From a virus (taxonomy: Duplodnaviria; Caudoviricetes): a stretch of 44,257 bases of DNA. Position numbers and translations under genes: made by a program. This document shows positions 1-9,552 of this stretch, piece after piece (the stretch's first letter is position 1; each line of letters starts with the position of its first letter). The notes under the pieces are model-generated. The model saw only the letters and a list, made by a program, of their open reading frames with translations. It was not told where the DNA came from and ran no database searches. The stretch spans positions 1 through 44,257 of the IMG/VR virus record IMGVR_UViG_3300016484_000460; one strand, written 5' to 3'.

Positions 1-27
1 TGCGAGGGGGTGATCGCGCCGGCCGAC

Positions 28-264
28 TTACTCGGGAGGCAGAGCCGCGGAGATTGCGAGCTCCATCAGCGGCTCGGCGTCCATCAGCATCCCTCGTAGC
101 GCGGCAACTGCTTGCAGGTCCAGCTTCAGCAGCGACGGATCGGCACAGGCCACCAGCACGATCAGCCGGTCACCAGGGGCCGCCAGCCCGAGGGCCAGCC
201 GCCCGCCGTCGATGCACACCTCGCCGACCTGGACGATGGGGCCGTGCGTGTCGGGGGTGAGCAT
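28..264 (-). CDS. Hypothetical protein (78 aa, MLTPDTHG...)
   Basis: C-terminal part of ORF 28..552; ATG at 264 overlaps the TGA of the upstream gene (TGATG coupling). Confidence 0.5.
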   Translation of the reverse strand: MLTPDTHGPIVQVGEVCIDGGRLALGLAAPGDRLIVLVACADPSLLKLDLQAVAALRGMLMDAEPLMELAISAALPPE

Positions 265-605
265 CACCGCCGCCCGTCGTCGAATTGCGAGGACGGTGCC
301 AGGTCGCCAGGCCCGTACCGCACAGGACGCGGGCGGCATGCCTGCAGCGGGGCACCGTCGCGCCAGTCGCCCCAGGTTGCAGCCAGGTACAGCGCCACAC
401 CCCAGGCCGCAGCATCCAGCCACCGGGCATCGGCGCCCTGCCAGATCAGCGAGCAGGCCAAGGCGCACACAGAGAATGCGCCGAGGTAGCCCAGCAGGTA
501 GCCCGCCCGATGCTCGCTCGGGTGCATTGCGGCCATGCGCCCGGCCAGGCATTCGAGCGCAGCCAGCGCGGCGACGCTCATCGTCAGCATGTCCATCCAG
601 TTCAT
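264..605 (-). CDS. Membrane protein, lysis-cassette position
   Basis: MNWMDMLTMSVAALAALECL...; about 3 hydrophobic segments; ATGA overlap with upstream gene. Confidence 0.65.
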   Translation of the reverse strand: MNWMDMLTMSVAALAALECLAGRMAAMHPSEHRAGYLLGYLGAFSVCALACSLIWQGADARWLDAAAWGVALYLAATWGDWRDGAPLQACRPRPVRYGPGDLAPSSQFDDGRR

Positions 606-979
606 TGCGTGCCCCCGCCGATGCGTGCCGCCGCGCCCTTCACGATCCCCGGCACCGCCACGCTGCCCGCCTGGATCAGCGGGTGCAGGAAGATGCCGAC
701 GCCCAGCGCGCAGCCCTTGGACCACACCGCCGCCGACACAGCCGGCAGCCAGTCGGCCAGGAGCGGACCGGCGACGGATGCAGTGATGGCCGATGCAGCG
801 ACGGCGGCGAGGAACAGCAGGCACGCCTTGAGCCTGGTAGTCGGCGGCGCGAACAGCGCGCCCAGGGCGCAGCCGAACAGCGCGGCGGTCAGGGTGGAAG
901 CATCCACCCCCAGCAGCGCCAGCACGGCACCGCCGACGCCGGCCGCCATGCCCTGCACGACTGCAGCGTGATCTGTCAT
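602..979 (-). CDS. Putative holin
   Basis: MTDHAAVVQGMAAGVGGAVLALLGVD...; 125 aa, 3-4 TM helices, end of late operon; GGAG SD, ATGA coupling. Confidence 0.6.
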   Translation of the reverse strand: MTDHAAVVQGMAAGVGGAVLALLGVDASTLTAALFGCALGALFAPPTTRLKACLLFLAAVAASAITASVAGPLLADWLPAVSAAVWSKGCALGVGIFLHPLIQAGSVAVPGIVKGAAARIGGGTQ

Positions 980-1344
980 CGACTGCTCTCCCTGATCGCC
1001 AGCAGCTCGGCGGCCACCAGAAGCGCGCCGATGCAGTACAGCAGGCCCACGGGTAGCCCGGTGCCCTCGTCGCACACGCCGACATCCTGAGATGACAGCG
1101 CCGGAAACCAGGCGACGCACGCGAGGCCGCTGGCCTGGTAGCCCAGACCGTAGGTGCACACCAGCCCGGTCAGACGCCAGGACAGCCGGCCAGCCGCAGC
1201 CTTCAGCAGCGCGGTCAGCACCAGGGCCAACGCGAAGGCCAGCCCGGCGCCCGCACGCGGCTTGTCGTCGGCCCACACCCAGCCGATGGCAGCGGCCACG
1301 GTGGCGACCAGCAGCAGAGCCGCCTGACCCAGATCGCGGGCCAT
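976..1344 (-). CDS. Multi-pass membrane protein
   Basis: MARDLGQAALLLVATVAAAIGWVW...; about 4 TM segments; translationally coupled at both ends. Confidence 0.6.
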   Translation of the reverse strand: MARDLGQAALLLVATVAAAIGWVWADDKPRAGAGLAFALALVLTALLKAAAGRLSWRLTGLVCTYGLGYQASGLACVAWFPALSSQDVGVCDEGTGLPVGLLYCIGALLVAAELLAIRESSR

Positions 1345-1547
1345 CACTTCTGGTTTCCCGGGCGCCAGATCGGGCGCTGTGCCTGCTGCTCGGTGCCCTC
1401 CTGTGCCGTCTCGTCCCAGGCAACGGCGGTGGCATCGCGCCGGGCCTGCGCCGCAGCCTTGCGCCGCTCTCGCCAGACGATGAGGCCGACGATCAGCGCG
1501 CCGGGCAGCAGGATGGCGAGAAAGATGGTCACAGCCGTCTGCATCAC
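1344..1547 (-). CDS. Small single-TM protein
   Basis: 67 aa; N-terminal hydrophobic helix followed by basic RERRK; overlaps tail fibre stop. Confidence 0.55.
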   Translation of the reverse strand: MMQTAVTIFLAILLPGALIVGLIVWRERRKAAAQARRDATAVAWDETAQEGTEQQAQRPIWRPGNQK

Positions 1548-3340
1548 ACACCCCCTTCAGCGCGCCAGCGCAGGTATGCACATTCCATGGCCAGAGCCTC
1601 GTCGTAGCGGATTCCCCACCGGTCGCCGGCCTCCCGCACCTTCACGCGACCGGCTGGCCTGACGATGATCGTGACCGGCTTGCCATCGGCGTCCAGGATG
1701 CTGGTGCCGCGCCGCTCCTCGGGCACGGCCTCCCACTCGTCGGCCCAGGTGTCGTGGCACAGCAGGCCCAGCTCGAGCGCGTCGATGCCTGCCGCAGCGA
1801 AGACGTCGCGCACCCGCTGCGCCACCAGGCCGACGTGCCACCGCGCGCCGTCGCCCTTGGCTTGGGCGGCATCGCGGAACCGGTAGCGCGTCCACTCGAC
1901 GCGGCCCCATGCCCGCAGCCACTCGACGGGGATGCCGCCGATGTCCTGCTTGGCACGCTCGTCCGACGTGTTGATGGTGCCGCTGGCAGCGTAGACGGTT
2001 GACCACCGCACGGACCCGCTGCCCAGGCTGCTGGCGTTGTCGGCGCCGGCCTGTATGCCGCCGCTGTTCAGCAGCCGCAGCTGCTCGCCGGCCGCGCTCG
2101 TGAAGCTGAGGTAGGTCTGCGAGGCGGGGTTCTGCGCGTCCCACACCTGCACGCCCACTTGCTGCAGTCGCAGGCCGGCCAGCGTGCCTGCGTTGGTCAC
2201 GGCGTCGATTGTTTTGACGGGCGTGTAGCTGGTGCCCGCACCGTTGCCAGCGATCACGCCATCCTGACCCTGCACCGGGCCCAGGCTGTAGATCATCGCG
2301 TGCGACTCGTTGGCAATGGGCAGTACCGTCCCGGTCGCCGGATTGAACCCGGCACCACCCTTGCCGAAGCCCAGCGGGAAGCGGACACCGTACCAATCGC
2401 CGACCGCGCCAGTGCCGGTGACGACGGGTGCATTGAGCTGCAGCGCCGTTCCGCGGCTCAGCGTGCCAGCGCTGACAGTGACTGTGTTGACGAAGCCGTA
2501 GTGATCCCCGAAGGTGCCGCCGCCCGCGATGGCGTACTCGGTGCCGACCTGGTACGACGCATGGTGCTCGCCGCTGCCTGCGCCCGCGACCTTGGTGCGG
2601 TCGTCATAGCTGTTGTGGCTGGTGCTGCCCGTGTAGATGGACGAGTCGGTGAAGCCGTGGGCGGCGCCAGCGGAGCCGTCGTCTTCCTGGCTCACGATGA
2701 CCCTGGCATTGCTGCTGTTGTTGGTCGTGCCGTTGCCGATCCACAACGCGCCCTCGTAGCCGTCGGTCGGGTAGATGCGCGTCGTGCCGCCGCGCTTGTA
2801 CGCGCCTTTCGGGCGATACACCAGCTTGCCGGTGGCGATGGCGGCGGCGAACGCCGCTGCGCTTTCGGCCGTCCCGGTGGGATCAGCCCCCTGGGCCACC
2901 ACGCTGACGCGCTCGCGCAGCATGTCGTGCACCGTGGTGGCGGGCCCACCGCTCTGGTGGTAGCCGACGAGCTTCGCGCCCTTGGCGGGGTCTGCACCGT
3001 TGGCGACGTCGGAAGCGAGCAGGCCCTGATAAACGCGCCAGTGAGCGGCCTGGTCGCCGGCGAAAGAGGCGCCCGCAATGTGCGCGTCCAGCGAGATGTA
3101 CCAAGTCCCGCCAGATGAGACGACGTCCTTCGCGCTGTAGGAGGCCCCCGTCGACCATGCCCCTCGCACATTCACGGCGCGGATGCTGTCCACCGCACCC
3201 GCCAGCGTGAGCCGGTCGACCCCGAAGCGGTCTGGGTAGGTGTTGGCGCCACTGTTGACCGCCAGATCCAGGCGCTCGGTGTTGAACAGCAGGTCCAGCG
3301 GCGAGGTGCTTGGCACCGGGTTGGTGGTCGGGGTGGTCAT
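1544..3340 (-). CDS. Tail fibre/spike with C-terminal intramolecular chaperone (peptidase S74-like) domain
   Basis: Fibre N-terminus TTNPVPSTSPLDLLFN; CBM-like RGAW..Y...DVV...G.WY; GADPTG..AAF.AAI motif; autocleavage signature TINTSDERAK...RWHVGLVAQ...G.RYDE. Confidence 0.85.
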   Translation of the reverse strand: MTTPTTNPVPSTSPLDLLFNTERLDLAVNSGANTYPDRFGVDRLTLAGAVDSIRAVNVRGAWSTGASYSAKDVVSSGGTWYISLDAHIAGASFAGDQAAHWRVYQGLLASDVANGADPAKGAKLVGYHQSGGPATTVHDMLRERVSVVAQGADPTGTAESAAAFAAAIATGKLVYRPKGAYKRGGTTRIYPTDGYEGALWIGNGTTNNSSNARVIVSQEDDGSAGAAHGFTDSSIYTGSTSHNSYDDRTKVAGAGSGEHHASYQVGTEYAIAGGGTFGDHYGFVNTVTVSAGTLSRGTALQLNAPVVTGTGAVGDWYGVRFPLGFGKGGAGFNPATGTVLPIANESHAMIYSLGPVQGQDGVIAGNGAGTSYTPVKTIDAVTNAGTLAGLRLQQVGVQVWDAQNPASQTYLSFTSAAGEQLRLLNSGGIQAGADNASSLGSGSVRWSTVYAASGTINTSDERAKQDIGGIPVEWLRAWGRVEWTRYRFRDAAQAKGDGARWHVGLVAQRVRDVFAAAGIDALELGLLCHDTWADEWEAVPEERRGTSILDADGKPVTIIVRPAGRVKVREAGDRWGIRYDEALAMECAYLRWRAEGGV

Positions 3341-5769
3341 GTGTCCGCTTCGTAGATCCGCCTGTCGTAGTTGGCAAATGCTAGGGAGACAACCCCATCC
3401 GCCCCGGGCTTCACCTCGGTGCAGGTGTAGAGGCCCGAGGCCTCAAGTTCATCGGCCGTGAGACCCACGGCGAAGGCGTAGCGGCTGCCGAGCTGGCGAT
3501 CGGCGGAGGCCACGAACAGGCCGGCCGGCACGCTGGCCAGACGCATGCGCTGCCCCGCCTCCGGGTAGCAGACCACGGGCGCGCCGAGGTGCTTGCCGTC
3601 GGCGCCAGTGAACAGCACACGACCGCTGGCCTGCCCCTTCCAGTCGATGGCCTCGCTCGTGGTGATCACGTCGCCAGCGATGGCCACGACCTCGCCCGCC
3701 TGCATGCCGTCGTCGCCGCCGAAGTCGTTGGGGTCGATCCAGCGCAGCAGCGCGCCGGGGTAGAGGATGCCGCCATCGGCCAGCGCGGTGTCGTTGACGC
3801 TGGTGCGCTGGTACAGCAGCCGGCGCGCTTCGAGTTGGGCCCGGTTCATCGCCTGGGCCTGCGTGGCGCACCCCGGCAGCTTCACCTTCTTGGGGTTGCT
3901 GCTGGTGCCGGCCACCGGTGTGCCGCTGGTGATGTCCAGCCGCACATAGGCCTTCTTCGCCTGAGTGGCCTCGTCGGTGTACTCAAGCTCGACGCCGTCG
4001 TTCGATGCCGGGAGGTGTGCGGCGTAGCTGATGGCCGACTCGCCTTGCCTGGCCAGGTTGCGGTAGTCGAGCTGGATCTCGGGCGTGGTCCTGGCCTGGT
4101 CCCGGGTGACCGTCCAGCGCTGGCCATCCCGCCAGACCAGGCAGCGCGCCGTGCCGGCCACCAGCTGCATGCGCTCGCCCAGGCTCATGTCGGCGTCGTC
4201 CAGGCTGCCGTCGAAGCGCAGCAGCGGCGAGTCTTCGCCAAACTCCTCGTTCACGTCGGCAAGCGCTTCCATGTCAAGGCCCGCGATGTCGTTGCCCGCG
4301 ATGGTCCAGATGTGGGCCATGGCCCTGGCGAAGTTCCGCGAAGGGCCGAGTGCGACCCCGTCGAGCTGGCGCACGTGGCGCAGCCAGCGCAGGTTGAACT
4401 TGCGATCGCTGAACCCGGTGGCCTCGTTCGTAGCCTTGGTGGTCACGCGGATGACGGTGACGCCCGGCAGCACCTTGGTGGGGTAGTACCGCACCGCGTA
4501 CAGCTCTTCCAGCTTTGCAACGTCGTTGCCTCCGTCGCCGATCTGCAGCGTGTCACGGGTGAACTGCACCTGGTAGCGACCCGGGCCGGCCGCCGGCACC
4601 ACGTTGGTCGTGTAGAACCGTTGGTCATAGGTGCTGTCGCTGTAGCTGTTGGTCTGGCTCTGGCGTGTGCCCGGGATCTCGACGCCGGCGCCGTCAATCC
4701 GCCACCACTCAGCCACCACCTCGACGGTGCCGCGCAGGCCGCGCAAGAAGACGGTGTTCCATCGCAGCCGGTCGCAGTCCAGTGGCAGCGTGAACGGCCC
4801 CTGCGTCGTCAGGCCGCCGGCCAGCAGGTCGAAGGTGAACACCACGCCGGCCCCGGTGTCGTCAGCCGGCCAGGCCGAGCCGCTGAAGGTGAAGGTGCAC
4901 GACGCGCCGCTGACGACAAAGCTCAAGACGGTGCACGACTCGTCGAAAGGCCCCGCCGTCGCGTCGAACTTCACCCCGACCGCGCCAGCCGGCGCCGCCG
5001 CTTTCAGGGTGGCCAGGGCCTGGCTCTCGGTGAGCGTCACCGTGAACGTTGTCCCCGCGGCGACGGCCGCGAACGACCCGGTGAACTTGACCTGCGGGTA
5101 GATCAGCTCCTGGCCGTTGACCTCGTCGCTCTCGAAGGCCTCGACAACATCCAGGATGGTGGTCGCGCCGAACTCAGGGTAGCCGTCAACCGGCACGGGC
5201 TCGAACACCTCGTAGCTGCTGCCCGCGATGTCGCCGATGGGCGTCTCGGAGTACTGCACCGCGCTGATCGTGCCCTTGCCGCGGCCGATGCACAGCCATT
5301 CCGTGACGTACTTGACCGAGTCGATGTACTCGACCACGCTCGGCTGGATCAGGTCAGGCCACACGCGGCGCAGGCCGTAGACGTCGGGGATCGCCTGATA
5401 CACCCGGGCCACGTTTGACTGACCGGTGAGGGAGTTGTTCGGGCTGTCCTTGCCGGCGGCAGCCGCTCCCGGCATGCGCGGAATCAGCGAGTAGAGGACA
5501 GCCGTCGCACCGACGAACGCGATGATGGCCCAGGTGATCGGGTCGAACCCGGCCGGCCGCCTGATGACGGTTGCCTGACACCCGGGCTGCGGCGGCAGAT
5601 CCATTCGCAGGTCTGTGATCGGGTCGACTCGCTCGCCGTCGATGATCAGCTCGCAGTCTCCGCCGCATGGCAGATGGCTGGCAATGTTGGCCTGCAGGCT
5701 GGCGCCGAGGTCCCAGGCGTGGCGCTGGCGGCCGGTGATTGCGGCCGGGTCGTTGATGATGGTCAGCAT
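3337..5769 (-). CDS. Tail tip / host-specificity protein (lambda J-like central tail protein)
   Basis: Start MLTIINDP at 5769; SPNNSLTGQSNVARVYQAIPDVYG...WPDL motif; follows the NlpC/P60 gene. Confidence 0.85.
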   Translation of the reverse strand: MLTIINDPAAITGRQRHAWDLGASLQANIASHLPCGGDCELIIDGERVDPITDLRMDLPPQPGCQATVIRRPAGFDPITWAIIAFVGATAVLYSLIPRMPGAAAAGKDSPNNSLTGQSNVARVYQAIPDVYGLRRVWPDLIQPSVVEYIDSVKYVTEWLCIGRGKGTISAVQYSETPIGDIAGSSYEVFEPVPVDGYPEFGATTILDVVEAFESDEVNGQELIYPQVKFTGSFAAVAAGTTFTVTLTESQALATLKAAAPAGAVGVKFDATAGPFDESCTVLSFVVSGASCTFTFSGSAWPADDTGAGVVFTFDLLAGGLTTQGPFTLPLDCDRLRWNTVFLRGLRGTVEVVAEWWRIDGAGVEIPGTRQSQTNSYSDSTYDQRFYTTNVVPAAGPGRYQVQFTRDTLQIGDGGNDVAKLEELYAVRYYPTKVLPGVTVIRVTTKATNEATGFSDRKFNLRWLRHVRQLDGVALGPSRNFARAMAHIWTIAGNDIAGLDMEALADVNEEFGEDSPLLRFDGSLDDADMSLGERMQLVAGTARCLVWRDGQRWTVTRDQARTTPEIQLDYRNLARQGESAISYAAHLPASNDGVELEYTDEATQAKKAYVRLDITSGTPVAGTSSNPKKVKLPGCATQAQAMNRAQLEARRLLYQRTSVNDTALADGGILYPGALLRWIDPNDFGGDDGMQAGEVVAIAGDVITTSEAIDWKGQASGRVLFTGADGKHLGAPVVCYPEAGQRMRLASVPAGLFVASADRQLGSRYAFAVGLTADELEASGLYTCTEVKPGADGVVSLAFANYDRRIYEADT
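3378..3388 (-). promoter_or_regulatory. Late-promoter motif copy (CTCCCTAGCAT) upstream of tail fibre
   Basis: Identical to copies at 7119 and 12019; embedded in the 3' end of the J-like gene, ~38 nt before the fibre ATG. Confidence 0.6.
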
Positions 5770-6155
5770 GTCGGCGAGTACCGGTAGAAGCGAAGGTCGC
5801 CGTAAACGCGGGCCACCAGCTGCAGGCGTGAGACGCGCGCGCTGCCCGGGTGCTCGGGCGAGCCCTCGGCGTGCAACAGGCGGCGCCCTGGGAGCACGAT
5901 GCCGCAGTGCGTCGGCGCGCCGTTGCGCCAGGCCATGAAGCAGGCGGCGGCATCCTCGGCCGCGCACTCGCGCCAACCGGCCGCCCGCGCGAAGCCGGCG
6001 GCGATGTCGGTCTCCGGCACGGCGCCCAGGTCCAGGCCGTGCACCTCGCGGTGGTACAGCACCAGCAGCCCGAAGCAGTCGCAGGCATCCCAACCCGAGC
6101 GCCACCGCACCCAGGGGATACCCACGGCCCGGGCGGCAAACTCCTCGGCCGTCAC
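5763..6155 (-). CDS. NlpC/P60-family tail tip assembly protein (lambda K-like)
   Basis: DCFGL catalytic Cys, HCGI and LLHA His motifs; synteny. Confidence 0.85.
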   Translation of the reverse strand: MTAEEFAARAVGIPWVRWRSGWDACDCFGLLVLYHREVHGLDLGAVPETDIAAGFARAAGWRECAAEDAAACFMAWRNGAPTHCGIVLPGRRLLHAEGSPEHPGSARVSRLQLVARVYGDLRFYRYSPTC

Positions 6156-6634
6156 AGGCGCTCCAGGCCAGTGAAGGTGCCGGGCTCGTAGATCACGCCG
6201 GCCGTCAGGCGCATCAGGTTGGACTCGGTCGCCGTCACCTGCACCGACTCACCATTGAAGGCAATGCCGCCTGCCTCTGCGGCGTAGAGGCGCACCACCT
6301 GCTGCGGCGCATCGGTGACGCCCAGGAACAGCGAGTAGGTGACGACGATGGGCGCGCGCGAGCCGGCCGCGGCGATCTTGGCCAGCTGCCGCTTGAACTC
6401 CCGCCCGACCACCTGGCGCGGGAATGCCACGGTCATGCGCTGCAGGCTGTCGCCCTTGGAGTCTGGCGGCCGGATCGACATCGGCGCCGGCGTGTGCACG
6501 TGGCCGGCCAGCGTCACCGGCGCGAACTGGTTGGCCACCAGGCGGAATGGGGCATCGAAGGTCGGATGCTCGAAGCTGATCGCGTGGTACTCGGCCAGCG
6601 GCGACTTCGTGGTCCAGAAGGTGCGGCGGTCCAC
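6152..6634 (-). CDS. Minor tail protein (DUF1833-like)
   Basis: ISFEHPTF...RLVANQF N-terminus, IYEPGTFTGL C-terminus; synteny. Confidence 0.7.
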   Translation of the reverse strand: MDRRTFWTTKSPLAEYHAISFEHPTFDAPFRLVANQFAPVTLAGHVHTPAPMSIRPPDSKGDSLQRMTVAFPRQVVGREFKRQLAKIAAAGSRAPIVVTYSLFLGVTDAPQQVVRLYAAEAGGIAFNGESVQVTATESNLMRLTAGVIYEPGTFTGLERL

Positions 6635-6636
6635 GG

Positions 6637-7113
6637 TCAGGCCGCCGGCACTGCTGCGGTCACGGCCCGGTCCAGCAGGCTGGCCCAGGCGTCCCAGTCC
6701 GGCAGGCCGGTGATCAGGTCGGTGGCCTCGTCATAGCCGGCCGGCACCAGCTGCGCCCGGGCCATGATGGTGGCGGTGTAGCCCCAGGTTTCGCCGGCCT
6801 CGGCAGCCGGGAGCAAGCTGTCCGGCAGGAACCGGCACACGTGGTCGAGCACATCGAACTCGGTGCGGATCGGCATCGTGAACTCGGCCACGCCACGCCC
6901 GATGGTGTTGCGGAACCACAGCTGGAAGGCCACCGCCTCCGCGCGGGTGAAGCGGAAGGCCACATCCCAGAAGACCGGCGTGTCGGTGCCGGCCGCCTGC
7001 GCGTAGCCGTAGCCCCGGCGCGGCTCGGCCAGCCGGAAGGCCGCGGGCTGGCTGCGGCTCTTGGACGCCCGCAGGACGGTGCGCAGGTGGAGTGGATAGG
7101 CGGCAGGCATCAC
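6637..7113 (-). CDS. Distal tail/minor tail protein
   Basis: Immediately downstream of tape measure; WDVAFRFT...FQLWF...G...FTMPI pattern. Confidence 0.7.
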   Translation of the reverse strand: MMPAAYPLHLRTVLRASKSRSQPAAFRLAEPRRGYGYAQAAGTDTPVFWDVAFRFTRAEAVAFQLWFRNTIGRGVAEFTMPIRTEFDVLDHVCRFLPDSLLPAAEAGETWGYTATIMARAQLVPAGYDEATDLITGLPDWDAWASLLDRAVTAAVPAA

Positions 7114-7118
7114 AAGCG

Positions 7119-7129
7119 ATGCTAGGGAG
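7119..7129 (-). promoter_or_regulatory. Late-promoter motif copy (CTCCCTAGCAT), probably leaderless transcript
   Basis: TAGCAT lies 5 nt before GTG 7113 and 8 nt before ATG 7110; no SD. Confidence 0.6.
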
Positions 7130-7161
7130 TCGGCCGCCCGCCTGGGAAGCGGTCGGGCCGG

Positions 7162-9552
7162 CTACTGCCTCGGTGCGACGTTGCTGGCCCCGCGCAGCGC
7201 CGACCACACCGGGCCAGAGTTGTTGCTGATCTGGCTGGCGACCTCGCCCACCGCGATCATCACGGTGCGCGACTGGTCATCCACGCTGGCGCGGGTCCCG
7301 GCCGGCGCGTTCTGGATGATGATGTTCCAGGCCTGCCCGCCACCGCCTCCGCCCACCTGGTCGGCTGGCGTCACGCTGCCCGACTTGGTCGGCAGCATGT
7401 ACTGGCTGCCGTTGCTGCCTGTGAACATCTCGGGCCGCCCGGTCTCGTTGACCTTGTAGAGGCTGCCGGCCGACACCGGGCCGCCGTACTGGCGACCGCC
7501 GCCGTAGCTGACACCCGAGATGGTGCTGATGATCGAGGCGGTCGCGGCCACGACCGACGCAATGGCCGGGATGTTGGCCGGGAACGGCAGTGCTGCGGCG
7601 CCGGCAATGCCCTGCTGGATCTTGATCGCGGCGTCAGCCAGCGCGAAAGCCTTGCTGGCGGCGAACATGGCCTTGTAGACGCCGTTCTGCTTGCCGCCGA
7701 AGGCCTTGGCGATGTCGGCCATGTTGCCGAACAGGCTGCCGTAGGCCGTGAGCTGGGCCGACTGCGCTGCCGCCCGATCAGCCATCTCCTTCTCGCGGAT
7801 CTGGCGGATGCGGTCCTGCGTCTGATGCTCCAGCGCCACGGCCGCCTCGGCATAGAGCTGCTCGTTCGCCTGGTCCTCGGCGGCGTAGATGGCCAGCAGC
7901 TCCTTCTTGCGCTCCAGCTCGATCTGCAGTTGGGCGATTGGGTCGTTTGCCAGCTTCATGTCGAGCGCGGCCTGCTGGCTTCGCTTGCGCTGCTCGGCCA
8001 GCTTCAGGGCGTTGGCTTCTTCGGCCGCGCCGTACTCGATCTGCCGTGCGATGGCCGCATCGGAGTCCTTCTTGGCGATGGCTGCGCGGTCCTGGGCGGC
8101 GTTCTGCTCGATCAGCGTGATTGCCTGCTGGTGCTGCTCGTGGCTGATCTTCTTCTGGGCCAGCAGCTGGTCGTTCTTGCGCAGCGCCTCGCGCTCGATC
8201 ACGTCGACCTTCTGGTACTCGGTGGCCACTTCTTTGGCCAGGCCGGCGATGTAGGCGGCGGCGTCGAACGGCGCGCCCTTCTTCTTGTCGTCGCCGCCGG
8301 TCGCCTTGAGCTTGCTGGGTGGGCCGCCCGGGATGATGCTGCCGCGACCGCCGCCGGCGCCCTGCTCCCATGCCTCGCGCATCTGCTGGCCGGCCAGCTT
8401 GGCGCGGCCCAAGGTCTTTGCATCGGCCGCATCCAGTTCGCGCCGGCGCTGCTCGGCGTCTGCCTTCATCGCCCGGCCGATGGCCGCGGCGCCCGAGAAG
8501 TCCCCGCGCGCCACGGCCACAGCCTGGGCCGCCAGGCCGCCGATCTCGGTGCCGATGCCCTTGAAGACGAACGACACGTTGCGACCCAGCACGCTCAACG
8601 TCTGCCAGGTCAGATCGGCCGCGTCGATCAGGTAGGAAAGGCCGGTGCGCGCCGTGTCGGCCCAGGAGCGCACCGCCTCGTTGCGGCCGAGCTTGCCGGC
8701 TTCGTCGTTGGCGGCGCCGAACTGCTTGCCCAGCTCGTCCAGCACTTCGCCCAGGCCTTTGCCGACACCGGCGAGCGCGGCGCTGGTGCCGGTCAGCTCG
8801 TCGAGCTTCATGGCGGCCAGGCTGGCGGAGTCCGCAGCGACCACCATCGCGGCCTCGATCGTCTGCGGGAACTTCTTGAAGTCCGCGTCGATGGTCTCGG
8901 CCGCCTTGGTCAGCGCGTTGACCACCACGTCAGCGGTGAGCTTGCCCTCCTCGCCCAGCTTCTTGAGCGACCCCACCGGCACGCCGATGCCGGCGGCCAG
9001 CTGGCGCATGAGGTAGGGCGCGTTCTCCAGCAGCGAGCGCAGCTCGTCACCAGCCAGCTTGCCGGAGCCCAGGGCCTGGCCGAACTGCAGCATCGCGGCC
9101 TTGCCCTCGACCGCGCTGGCGCCTGACACCTTGATCGCCTTGGCGAGCAGCTCGATCAGCTGCAGCGTGTCGCGCTGCGTGCCGCCCATCTGCAGCAGCG
9201 ACTGATTCAGCCGCGTGAACACCTCGATGTTGCTGGCCAGGCTGCTCTGCGTGCGCCGGCTGATGTCGACCAGGTCGGCAAAGGCCGATGCGCCGCTCTC
9301 CATGCTGCCGGCGGCCACGTCGACCCGGGCGGACAACAGGCGGAACTCGTCGGCCCGCTCGGCGACCTTCATGGCCAGCAGTGCCGCGCCCAGCGCCGCG
9401 GCGGCAGCGGCGGTGGCCGTCAGCTTGGCCTGCATCCCGTCGAGCATGCCGTTCGTGTCGGCGAGGTTGCGGCCGACCTTCCGATTGGCGTCGATCAGCT
9501 TGCGCGTGTCGAGGTCGACCTCGTAGTGGATGCCGCCGACGCTCTCAGACAC
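7162..9552 (-). CDS. Tape measure protein
   Basis: 796 aa, Ala-rich helical; QFGQALGSGKLAGDELRSLLEN tape-measure motif; C-terminal GGRQYGGPV...Y.VNE.G.PE. Confidence 0.93.
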   Translation of the reverse strand: MSESVGGIHYEVDLDTRKLIDANRKVGRNLADTNGMLDGMQAKLTATAAAAAALGAALLAMKVAERADEFRLLSARVDVAAGSMESGASAFADLVDISRRTQSSLASNIEVFTRLNQSLLQMGGTQRDTLQLIELLAKAIKVSGASAVEGKAAMLQFGQALGSGKLAGDELRSLLENAPYLMRQLAAGIGVPVGSLKKLGEEGKLTADVVVNALTKAAETIDADFKKFPQTIEAAMVVAADSASLAAMKLDELTGTSAALAGVGKGLGEVLDELGKQFGAANDEAGKLGRNEAVRSWADTARTGLSYLIDAADLTWQTLSVLGRNVSFVFKGIGTEIGGLAAQAVAVARGDFSGAAAIGRAMKADAEQRRRELDAADAKTLGRAKLAGQQMREAWEQGAGGGRGSIIPGGPPSKLKATGGDDKKKGAPFDAAAYIAGLAKEVATEYQKVDVIEREALRKNDQLLAQKKISHEQHQQAITLIEQNAAQDRAAIAKKDSDAAIARQIEYGAAEEANALKLAEQRKRSQQAALDMKLANDPIAQLQIELERKKELLAIYAAEDQANEQLYAEAAVALEHQTQDRIRQIREKEMADRAAAQSAQLTAYGSLFGNMADIAKAFGGKQNGVYKAMFAASKAFALADAAIKIQQGIAGAAALPFPANIPAIASVVAATASIISTISGVSYGGGRQYGGPVSAGSLYKVNETGRPEMFTGSNGSQYMLPTKSGSVTPADQVGGGGGGQAWNIIIQNAPAGTRASVDDQSRTVMIAVGEVASQISNNSGPVWSALRGASNVAPRQ

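Noticed and set aside
1-7. Terminal TGCGAGG repeat as attL/attR
   Set aside because: Too short and unrelated to the tRNA-Asn core; at most an assembly overlap or chance match
1544-3340. Diversity-generating retroelement target
   Set aside because: No reverse transcriptase and no TR/VR repeat pair seen
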